Shown one piece after another: positions 13,405 through 23,181 of a stretch of DNA of 64,000 nt. Location: assembly GCA_030390025.1 (NCBI GenBank), contig CM059433.1, positions 9,860,001 to 9,924,000 of the forward strand. Reading direction: 5' to 3'. This DNA comes from Squalus acanthias (taxonomy: Eukaryota). Below the pieces are notes generated by a model that was not told the origin of the DNA, did no database searches, and saw nothing but the letters and a program-made list of their open reading frames with translations. A program made the translations under genes and the position numbers. Every line of letters starts with the position of its first letter. Within the stretch, counting starts at the first letter, position 1.

Positions 13405-14105
13405 GGGGGGGGGGGGCGATTTTAACTTGGCCAGATCAGTGTTAACGAGGCGGTGATAGCCTCAAAATGGTGTTGGTAGACTTACCGCCCTGTTAACGCT
13501 GACGTTCTGGCCGCCACCATCTTTAAAGGGGCCAACACTGGGTGGCTCAAGCACCCGATAGTTTCAGGTGGAGGGACCTTTTAATATGCAAATCAGAGCC
13601 CTGTGATTTACATATCAGGACCCCAAACGCCATTTTTTGAGGCAACTGCGCTGTAGAGGTCCGTACACGTTTTTGCTGGCAGTACGGCCAAAGAGAATCA
13701 AAAGAGGTAAGTTTTTTAATCTATCTTTGTGAGCAGGAGTCGCCTCCGGGCCCCACAAAAAATATAATCTAGGGGGGGGGGGCCCTGTTGTTCTGGGCTC
13801 CCCACCAAGGACTGACCTTACCGCCAACTGCTGGATATTGTGCCAACCTGATGTGATCACCTACATTGGAATGACCGTTTAGGGCGGGCAGCTCACCGGT
13901 CCTATTTAAATAGGTTTTGAGGCCTCAAAGTGGCTCCAGTCGCTTCGCTCATGACGCCGTTGGCCGCTGAACGTTGAAATGTACCCCGACGATTGTTGGG
14001 TTTCACTCGATATTTTTTATTGTCTACTCTTTCCGGAGTTTCCGCTGTGCGTCCGACTAAGTTACGGCGGCGCAGCGCCGGAAAGTGCGAGGAAATTCAC
14101 TGCCA
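13405..14105. mobile_element. GC-rich MITE-like remnant(s)
   Basis: Starts GGGGGCGATTTTAAC; ATGCAAAT at 13586; GAGGTAAG+T-run; similar to 30265-30745. Confidence 0.5.
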
Positions 14106-14113
14106 CGTTAATT

Positions 14114-14666
14114 GTAAGCGTTCTCCAAGGCGGCCTTCGAGACACACGACAACGCAAAAAAATCATCGAGCAGAAACTGATAGCCAAGTTCAGCACCCAC
14201 GAGGACGGCCTCAACCGGGATCTCGGGTTCATGTCACGCTACATGTAACCCCACCTGACGTAGAGTCATCCAGACTCGAGTCGTCGTTGGCTTGTTCACA
14301 GATGTGATTTCCAGTAAAAAAAGTAAAAAGTTTAAAGTTTATGGTTTTCCATACAGACTGCAGCATTTGACACATTAGACCCCCTGTGACCCCACCTCAT
14401 TGTCTTAGTTGTATTTTGCTATGTCTTTGATATAATGTCTTCCTGACTGACCTGATTGTCTCTCTGCCGAGGTGTGATAAAAGGCAGTCAGAAAGATTAA
14501 CTGTAGTCGTCTGACATTGTACGCTGCACAGGCATTGTTCTCTGTCTATATATGCTGTGCCCATTTGTATTCCTTCACTTCACCTGACGAAGGAGCAGCC
14601 GCTCCAAAAGCTTGTGATTTCAAATAAAACTGTTGGACTATAACCTGGTGTTGTGCGACTTCTCAC
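14114..14666 (+). mobile_element. PLE family 1, 5'-truncated: GIY-YIG endonuclease C-terminus, 3' UTR and pLTR
   Basis: VSVLQGGLRDTRQRK..EQKLIAKF.THEDGLNRDLGFMSRY; hammerhead motif at 14580-14617 (GAAA changed to AAAA); flanking direct repeat GTTAATTGTA (14107-14116 and 14671-14680). Confidence 0.9.
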
Positions 14667-14715
14667 TTATGTTAATTGTATGTGTTCATTCTGTCAGTGA
14701 TTTTAACCGGGATTT

Positions 14716-14822
14716 CCACATTACAACAGTGGCCACTCTTCAAAAAGTACTTCATTGGCTGTAAAACGCTTTGGGACGGCCTGAGGTCGTGAAAGGCGCT
14801 ATATAAATTCAAATCTTTCTTT
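14716..14822 (+). mobile_element. 3' fragment of a DeuSINE/SacSINE1-like SINE
   Basis: Matches 54097-54205. Confidence 0.85.
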
Positions 14823-15993
14823 ACGATGTGAGAAGCAATAGGATAGAAAAATGGGCATCTGGGTTTGGGGGGGCGGGTCGGTAGGAAAAATAGATGAAAT
14901 TGTGAGTGTGTCGGGAGCCCACCGTCATCCCGCCGCCTCACACATTTAACTCGTGCGCGTTTCCTAGCGCACCACGGACTCGAACGGCAGAGGCGGGCGA
15001 CCTGGTTGAGCTCATTAAGTGCTTGTTGTGAGAGCCTTAACAAGGGTTTTTAACCAGAGCTTTTGATTTTTACTGGATGACCACGGGAATCACGCAGCTC
15101 GGGAACCTCATTTGTCAGCGTGAGGCGGAAGCTCAGTGGCCATTGTGCGAGGTCCTTAACGGAGAGCATGGAAATCCACATAAATACTCCCACAGGACAC
15201 CTGGTTATTTGCCTAAGGGAAAGGCTCTCGCTGACTCCGCTTTGTGCACAGATTTAGGTGTCTAGAGTTTGCAAGTCTTTCCTGCAACCTTGGAAGCCAC
15301 TCTCAACACATTGCTAGTAACTACCACAACATTGACAGATTGGTCCTCTAATCTCTACTTGACCTGCCATCTATTACGCCAGCATGGGTGCTGTTTATAC
15401 TGTCTCAGCTTGGTCCTCAGAATCAGACCAAGATGAGCCCCACCACCAGAAGCAGCAGCAACAGCAACAACCTTCTCCTCAACCACCTGATGCTGCACAG
15501 GACAGAGGGCATCAGCGCAGGGCTGCACCGCGCCGGAGGCGATACCCCCAACACAGGGTATACAGGCAGAGGATGAGCTTCCTCAACATGACTGAGCAGC
15601 AGTGCTTCAGGAGGCTCAGCCTATCACGCCAGGCCGTCGCAGACATTTGCAGCTTGCTCCAGCAAGACCTGCAGCCCAGAGGACCTGGAGGACACGCCTC
15701 ACCAGTGGCTGTCAAAGTCACCACCGCCCTCAACCTCTTCGCCTCGAGCTCCTTCCAGGGATCTGCAGCAGACATTTGCGGCATCTCGCAGTCGGCTGCC
15801 CACAGATGCATCACCCAGGTGACCGATGCCCTTTTTGACAAGTCAGCCAATTATATCAACTTTGCCACTGGTGAAACCAGTGTTACTGAGCGGGCGCTCG
15901 GCTTTGCTGCTCTGGCTGGCTTCCCACGGGCGCAGGGCGTAATCGACTGCACACATGTGGACATCAGGGAACCCCACATCACCCAGGAGTGTT

Positions 15994-16112
15994 ATGAACT
16001 AACAACAGAAAACGCTGGAAAAACTCAGCAGGCCAGGCAGCATCCGTGGAGAGAGAAACAGAGTTAACGTTTCAGGTCGAAGACCTTTCGTCAGAACTGG
16101 AAAGAGCAACTG
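15994..16112 (-). mobile_element. PLE family 2 pLTR fragment inside the transposase
   Basis: Near-identical to 44376-44480 and 54877-54975; splits the transposase frame. Confidence 0.9.
16062..16098 (-). ncRNA. Minimal hammerhead ribozyme motif (PLE family 2)
   Basis: Reverse complement reads AGTT-CTGACGA-A-AGGTC-TTC-GACCT-GAAA-CG-TT-AACT. Confidence 0.85.
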
Positions 16113-16720
16113 GAAACTGCAAGGGTTTCCACTCCCTCAATGTGCAGCTGGTCTGCAATCATAGGAAGATCATCAGGCATGCGTGCGCCAAATTCCCTGG
16201 CAGCTGTCATGACTCTTTTGTCCTGCGCCAGTCCACCGCCCCTCAGCTCTTCGCACCTCCAAACACACGCACTGGCTGGCTGCTTGGAGACAAAGGCTAT
16301 CCACTAAAGACGTGGCTCATGACACCCTTGAGGAGGCCAAGCAATGAGGCCGAGGAGTGTTATAATGAAAGTCACATGTCCACCAGATGTGTCGTGGAGC
16401 AAACAATAGGCATGCTGAAGATACGCTTCACATGCCTTGACAAATACTGCAGGACCCGGTGACCTCTACTCCTAAAGTTCCAGAATGCACTCCCACCAGA
16501 TTAAGCTGAGCACCGGAAGTGCAAATTTGTAAACTTCACCCCCCACGTCTCTTTCAACTGCACCCCATGTTATTTCAATGCTCTTCATGGTTAATGCTAT
16601 GTCTTACGCCCAATGCCTGTTCCTCTGCAACACTGTGGCCTCGCACAGGCTACCAGGTTTCTTCCAGTGGAATGGACACTTGACACAAAAAGACATGGGG
16701 GGCGGAGGGGGGGGTGGCGG

Positions 16721-16817
16721 GGGGTGAATTTCTGCAGAGATTCTCCCGCTCGTCCACTTTAACTTTCAGCTGTAGGATACCCCCGGAAAAAATGGGTGAA
16801 GAGTGGAAAATTCACCC
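16721..16817. mobile_element. ~95-bp MITE
   Basis: TIR GGGTGAATTT...AAATTCACCC. Confidence 0.65.
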
Positions 16818-18061
16818 TAGTCACGTACCGTGCCTTTCTTGTATTGGGTGTTTGGTAAGTGCCAGTTGTAAGTTATGGATAGTGCAAGAGGAAAACTTTA
16901 AAGCAGGCCTTCCTATCAACATGTGGAACCTGTTCTGATAGCCCAGGGTCAAGATCTGCGATCCTCAAGGTATTAGCTCATGTTTCAACTGAGTGCTCGT
17001 GCCAGTCATGTAGGATATCCATTCGGGTGATCTTGATTCTTTATGTCCACATTTACTGTGCTGTGCTCCCATTGGCTGAGAACCTGTCATATTCCCCTCT
17101 TTTATTTCACCTTCTACCAATGAATATTTCTCCTACTTCCTTGTCCATATCCATTTTGCTTAATTTAATCTAATCCCCCCCTCAACTAGTTCCTATTGTT
17201 GTGTTCCCATCTTTCACACATGACCTGGGTGGGTCTTAAATCCATTACAGGTCAATTAGTAATACACTTGCATTGTTCAAGTAATCCTTTTAATCCTACT
17301 TTTGTTCTGTTGCCTTTTCACAGTGGGTGCTTTGAGCTTATGAAGCCATTGGCAACATCAGCACTTTTCACCCTAGTTACAGGGTTCATAAATGGGTACT
17401 ACGCACATCTCTACCTACATGAGTTTAAATATTTAACCAAACGGCTCCGACAATCTTTGGAGTGACGGCAATCTCCATACACGAGGAGCACCAGATGGTG
17501 AGCAGTCACCACCTGTGAGTCCTTTTTTTTCTGTTTTGTGTCCACAAAACATTAATACTTCTGTGGGGATTTTATGTCAAGGAGTGCTGGATCATTGGGA
17601 ATCACCATCTCCCAATTTTCCAGATTTAGTTTTGGAGTGTTGTTAAAGTTAATTCAACTCAACCTGTAACACACACAAAGAATATAAATATATCCCCAGA
17701 CAGCTTTTGAATCTTGTCCTCAGCTGTCTCCTTTTGCTCCATTGGAGTCTTTTTTCATGTTTAAAAAAACATTTCTGCTTCAAAGTTACTGTCCCGGATC
17801 ATAAATTAGAAACATGACATTATATTTTTACTAGCAGGGAATTTAAATATTTATCTAAATAGCTCTGGCCATGCAGAAGTGCACAGGCAGAGACCCTGAC
17901 TGCCACTAAGATCACGGGGCTTCTATCATTACAGAAGGTCCGTTTATTTAACATGAACTTGGTGACTGATGCCTTTCATCCTTTGAGTTTTCTCACCTTC
18001 TGTTTCTCAGCACATAACAATTCAAACAAGTTCCTTCAGGGCCTTAGTTAACAAGGAAATG

Positions 18062-18512
18062 CTTCTTCTTCTTAGGCAGTCCCTCGGAACCGAGGCATGA
18101 CTTGCTTCCACATTAAAAATGAGTTCTCGGGTGACTGATGAGTCCAATGCGGGACCTACAGTCTCTGTCACAGACGGTGGTTGAAGGGGCGGGTGGGTGG
18201 GGTGCTTGGGTTGACGTGTGCTCCTTGCGCTGATTGCGCTTGGCTTCCGCTTGCTCCCGGCGAAGAGACTCGAGGTGTTCGGCGCCTTCCCGGATGCTTC
18301 TCCTCCACTTTGTGCGGTCTTGGGCCAGGGATTCCCAGGTGTCAGTGGGGATGTTACACTTTTTCAAGGAGGCTTTGAGGGTGTCCCTTGAAGCATTTCT
18401 TCTGCCCACCTGGGGCTCTCTTGCCGTGCCGGAGCTCCGAGTAGAGCACTTGTTTTGGGAGTCTCGAATCGGGCATGTGGACAATGTGACCCATCCATCG
18501 GAGCTGATCGAG
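18062..18512 (-). mobile_element. RTE-clade LINE 3' end with (AAG)n tail
   Basis: QLRWMGHIVHMPDSRLPKQVLYSEL, LKASLKKCNI..WESLAQDR.KWR and CDRDCRSRIGLISH; CTTCTTCTT tail at 18062-18073. Confidence 0.92.
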
Positions 18513-19076
18513 CGAGTGTCCTCAACTCCATCCCGCAGCATGCTACCCGCCACCATCTCAGCACAACCCCAGCCCGGCATGAAGTTGAAAAGGCGATCCG
18601 ACAACTGACGAACAACAAGGCCTCAGGAGCAGATGGAATCCCCGCCGAGGCACTAAAGCATGGCGGAGAAGCACTACTGGCGCGAATTCATGAACTCAAT
18701 TCTCTTATCTGGAAGGAGGAGAGCATGCCAGGGGATCTCAGAGACGCCGTAATTGTAACCATCTTCAAGAAAGGTGACAAGTCCGATTGCAGTAATTACA
18801 GAGGAGTTTCCCTGCTGTCTGCCACAGGGAAAGTCATCGCAAGAATCCTCCTCAATCGCCTTCTCCCAGTGGCCGAAGAGCTCCTCCCAGAGTCGCAATG
18901 CGGATTCCGCCCACTAAGGGGCACAATGGACATGATCTTCACCGCACGTCAATTACAAGAGAAATGCAGGGAACAGCACCAGCCACTGTACACGGCCTTC
19001 TTTGATCTCACAAAGACCTTTGACACTGTCAACCGTGAGGGATTATGGAATGTCCTCCGCAAATTCGGCTGCCCTC

Positions 19077-19630
19077 TTCGGGTAAGCGTTCTCCAAGGCG
19101 GCCTTCGAGACACACGACAACGCAAAATCGTCGAGCAGAAACTGATAGCCAAGTTCCGCACCCATGAGGACGGCCTCAACCGGGATCTTGGATTCATGTG
19201 ACGTTACATGTAACCCCACCTGACGGAGAGTCATCCAGACTCGAGTCGTCGTTGGCTTGTTCTCTCTACACAGATGCGGCCGGACCTGCTGTGATTTCCA
19301 GCAAAAAAAGTTTTTTGTTTTCCATACAGACCCCAGCATCTGCCACATTTGACCCCTTGTGACCCCACCTCATTGTCTTTGATGTAATGTTTCCCTGACT
19401 GACCTGTTTGGACACCATCCACACCTTTGATTGCCGTGACTATCTCTCTGCCGAGGTGTGATAAAGGGCAGTTGGAAAGATTAACTGTAATCATCTGGCA
19501 GTGTTCTCTGACTATATGTGCTGTGCCTATATGCATCTCTTCACTTCACCTGATGAAGGAGCAGCGCTCCGAAAGCTTGTGATTTCAAATAAAGCTGTTG
19601 GACTATAACCTGGTGTTGTGCGACTTCTCA
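19077..19630 (+). mobile_element. PLE family 1, 5'-truncated (GIY-YIG C-terminus, 3' UTR, pLTR), nested in the RTE
   Basis: RVSVLQGGLRDTRQRKIVEQKLIAKFRTHEDGLNRDLGF; homologous to 14114-14666. Confidence 0.92.
19546..19582 (+). ncRNA. Minimal hammerhead ribozyme motif with canonical CUGAUGA core, sense to the PLE ORF
   Basis: TCAC-CTGATGA-A-GGAGC-AGC-GCTCC-GAAA-GC-TT-GTGA. Confidence 0.88.
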
Positions 19631-20840
19631 AAAGTTTGTCACCATCCTCCGCCAGCTTCACGACGACATGCAAGCCGTGATCCTGACCAACTGTGTTCAT
19701 GCAGCAGAGTTCACCAACAGATTGCTCCCGAGCTACCTCCTGCTTTGCAAACCAATCAACGTCTGCTGGCTCTCACCAGTGCTGTAACCTCAGCTGTAAA
19801 TAGGAGAAATTAATGCATTGTGGCAACAGAGTCAATGCGGAGTAAATCTCTACGTTCTTGTTAATTGCTGTTTAACACACATTAGAAATTACTTCCAGGA
19901 ATCATTTTAGAAATTCGGGCAAAAGTTAATACTCGCTCCATTAGCAATAATGCAGAAGGTTGCTGCATCTTAATGCACAATTAGGATGCGCACTAGTTCT
20001 ACCCCACAGACCAAATCAAACCTCTTTATGTGACGGTTGTTCACAGTGCATGAGGGTGAAATGAAACCACATGGAGTCTCTGTTGAACCATTACATGTAC
20101 AGGTATCTCTTATTTCAACCTTTCATTACAGTTTTATGTGAGTAAATTGCCGTTTTGAAAAGTTAACAGTCTTCACTTTCAAACCCTGTCGTTTTCTTTT
20201 CTCATTGAATAATCTCTATTCAATAAAAGTGAGTTGAAGAGGCATAAATATGCTTCAATCAGCACAACGAGTGTGAAGTTAGCCCGGTCTCTATTCTCCA
20301 TGCAATTACTGTCTACATTTACTGAAAAAACACAGCTTAGCAAATTCAGATTTTAGCTCAAGGCACTGGCATCCGAAAACACTAAAACAAAGCCTCTCCA
20401 GGCCTGTAACAACAAGAAGCAATCATTTCAGAAAATGTTCCTATCAATAAAATAGAAGCTTACAATCAGTTTACTATAGGGAAACTGTCTTCTTTTAAAT
20501 GCATTGCTGATCCATTTTTTATAATGGAACTTTAACTTTGAGTATTATAATTAAATAGGAACATCAGGACCAGGAGTCGGCCATTCAACTCTTCGAGCCT
20601 GCTCCACGATTCAGTTAGATCATGGCTGATCTGCACCTCAACTCCATTTATCAATCTTTACTCCATGTGGCTTGATACCCTTACTTAACAAAAATCTCTC
20701 TATCTTTGTCTTGAAAGCTCCAATTGTCCCACCATCCACAGCCTTTTGGGGGAGTAAGTTCCAGATTTCTACTACCCTTTGTCTGAAAAGGTGCTTCCTG
20801 ATTTCACTCCTGAATGGCCTGGCTCTAATTTTAAGACTGT

Positions 20841-22610
20841 GGGCTGGATTTTGTCGTTGGGGGCGGGCTGGGGGGCCGTGTCAGGTGGTCGGCGTGTCAG
20901 GACCCCGCCTCCGATGTGAGGCGGGACGAAAGTGCGATTTTGCCCTAATTGGGCACTTGATTTCCAGCGTGTGGGAACCCCTGGGCCAATGAGTCTTTTG
21001 ATACTGAAACTCGCCTCCGATGACGTCATCTATGCAGCTGGATTTAAGGCCTGTAAGCAACCTTGGTTCTTTTTCAGCCTTACAACTTTATCAACATACT
21101 TCTGAGGGATTCCTACTGCTACTATGTCCAGCACCAGGCCAAAGTGTGCACCCCGATTTGATGAGGCCTCCCTCCAAGCTCTGGTGGAGGGAGCAAGAGC
21201 AAATAAGGAAGTGCTCTTTCCTTCCTCAGGGAGGAAAAAACCTCCACAACAGACCAAAGCTGTGTTGCTGCAAGTGGCCCAGGAGGTGAATGCGATTTCA
21301 ATGTGCAGCAGAACCTGGCTGCAGTGCTCAAAGAGGTTTCATGACCTTCTCCGCACAGGAAAAGTGAGTATTCCATCCCCATGACCCTCAATCTGATCCC
21401 CATCGCCTCTCATCACCAGCATTCTGCTTTGTCAACCTCCTCCTCCACATCCCACTTCACCCTTACATCCCTGCACCCTTACCCATTCCCTCTCTCTGTA
21501 TGTTCACATTCACTTAACTATTCGACTATGCAGCCCTCACACTCCCTATCACTGTGATGCTATGACAACAACTTACAACACACAGGGAGGACCCTTGGTC
21601 TTGGCACCTCACTCCATCTTTGTGTCCTTCTAAGCATCTATGCTATGGATTCTCTACACTCACTCTTTCATTCTCACTCAAACTCCACTTGTGTCCCTCA
21701 TTGCAGGAAAAGAGAGCCCACAATAAGAGGGAGAGGACGAGGACAGGAGGAGGGCCACCCTCAATAGCCCAGCTCACCAGTGCAGAGGAGGCGGCCCTGG
21801 AGATCGTGGGAGTGGAGGAGGATGCGCAAGTGGGGGACGGACAGACAGGCGCATCAGAGCAAGCTGGTGACAGAATAGTTTTTCATCTCTCTCATTGACA
21901 TTGCATGAGTGACTGATATTGATTCTGATGCTCTAACAGATTGACTTATGATCATCTGCACAATTCAATGTGCATGCAATGTTTATCTCACATGTCGAAC
22001 TCTTTCCTTTACTCCCCCACAGGAGCCATCAACAGCCCCCCTCCCCACTGTCCAGGAGGAAAGGAAATAAATGGTTCCCATTCTTCTGGTATATCCCTCA
22101 GTTGAGGAAGCGCTCAGTCAAGGTGGAGAGTGGGATTTCCCAGGAGGTCACACTGGAGATGGGTCTCAGGCTCCAAACTTCCACAACAATGAGTAGGCCT
22201 GCTAAAAGTTCCCCCAGACCTGAGACAACAAAGTTCTGCCATCTACAAATGATGATTGCTGAAAACTCCTTTTTAATGGTGGAGCTGCAGCTGTGAGTAA
22301 GCAATCCACTTGTGAGGCCGCCAGGATTAACTGGCGTGTTCCAGAGGAGACGTGCAGCACGGGGGAAAAGTGTTAAATTCAGAAAGGCCTCTCAAAATTG
22401 GATTATAGAGGCACTTAACTGGTTGTTAAGGGCCTTAAGGGCCTATCCCGCCTCTTGGAGGCGGGATGGAAACGGGGTCGGAAACCCCGCTTCTGGGAAA
22501 ATTGCTCGGAGGTGGGCTGGAGGCGGATCGAAGCCGCCCGCCATTTTTTGCGATTTTAACACCTCACACGCCTCTAATCCCGCCTCCTCGGGCCTGGCAA
22601 AATCGAGCCC
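20841..22610 (+). mobile_element. Non-autonomous PIF/Harbinger element carrying a Myb/SANT-like gene
   Basis: TIR GGGCTGGATTTTG / CAAAATCGAGCCC; 3-bp TSD TGT (20838-20840 and 22611-22613); clean interruption of the CR1. Confidence 0.9.
21124..21866 (+). CDS. Spliced Myb/SANT-like DNA-binding protein of a Harbinger transposon; exons 21124-21363 and 21707-21866, possible third exon from 22023
   Basis: APRFDEASLQALVE..KEVLFP..QVAQEVNA..RTWLQCSKRFHDL; donor AAA|GTGAGT; acceptor TTGCAG|GAA stays in frame into EKRAHNKRER.RTGGGPP..LTSAEE. Confidence 0.8.
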
Positions 22611-22924
22611 TGTGTCTCCTTGTTCTTGATTTCCCCACCAGAGGATCTACGCTATCAAATCCTTTTAACATTTTAAACACCTCGGTCAGATCAATCCTCA
22701 ATCTTCTAAACTCAAGAGGATATAAGCCAAGTTTATGCAACCTGTCCTCATAATTTAACGCTCTAAGGTCTGCTATCATTCAGGTAAATCTGTGTGCACC
22801 CCCCTCCAAAGTCAACATATCCTTCCTGAGGTGCGGTGTCCAAAACTGAACGCAGTACTCCATATGGGGTCTGACCAAGACTCTGTACAACTCAAGGATC
22901 ACTTCCTCCCCTCGATATTGGTTT

Positions 22925-23180
22925 CCAATCTGCTTCACAGCCAGTGAATTACTTTTAAGGTGTAGTTACTGTTGTTTTATAAGCAAATGTGGCAGACAAT
23001 TTGCAACACAGCAATGTCCCTCAAACAGACATGATATAAATGACCAGTAAATCTTTTTTTAGTGATGTTGGTTGAGGGATAAATGTTGGCCACAAAACCA
23101 GGAGAACTTCTCTGCTCTTCTCAAGTAGTGCCACGGTATCTTTTAAGTCTTCTTGAACAGGGAGATGAGACCTCGGTTTT
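22925..23180 (-). mobile_element. Diverged DeuSINE/SacSINE1-like fragment
   Basis: Homologous to 28915-29165. Confidence 0.75.
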
Positions 23181-23181
23181 A

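Larger units (their letters stand above)
15384..16445 (+). pseudogene. PIF/Harbinger DDE transposase (HARBI1-like), interrupted by a PLE insertion and 3'-truncated
   Basis: [66 protein letters not shown] and [28 protein letters not shown]-rich leader from ~14840. Confidence 0.93.
18513..19691 (+). mobile_element. RTE-clade LINE RT N-terminal segment, inverted relative to its own 3' end and interrupted by a PLE
   Basis: KASGADGIPAE, CSNYRGVSLLS, LPESQCGFRP.RGTMDMIF and FFDLTKTFDTVNR..KFGCP; resumes QKFVTILRQLHDDMQAV at ~19630. Confidence 0.92.
20558..22915 (-). mobile_element. CR1 LINE 3' fragment split by a Harbinger element (CR1 parts 20558-20840 and 22611-22915)
   Basis: LNYEDRLHKLGLYPLEFRRLR..KSRTRRH on one side continues into SLKIRARPFRSEIRKH on the other side of the insertion. 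Confidence 0.9.

Noticed and set aside
4533..14666. Inverted PLE fragments as the ends of one 10-kb composite element
   Set aside because: Each has its own local flanking repeat, there is no shared outer TSD, and the family is abundant in the window
15384..16462. Domesticated host HARBI1 gene
   Set aside because: Interrupted by a PLE fragment, truncated after RF.CLD and preceded by a transposon-like leader; best read as a TE remnant
17323..17498. Plus-strand exon with good acceptor and donor
   Set aside because: Stops in all three frames and no recognisable product; cannot be supported as coding
18455..19201. Novel RT and GIY-YIG fusion protein (248 aa)
   Set aside because: In-frame by chance: a PLE inserted into an RTE, and the RTE frame resumes at ~19630
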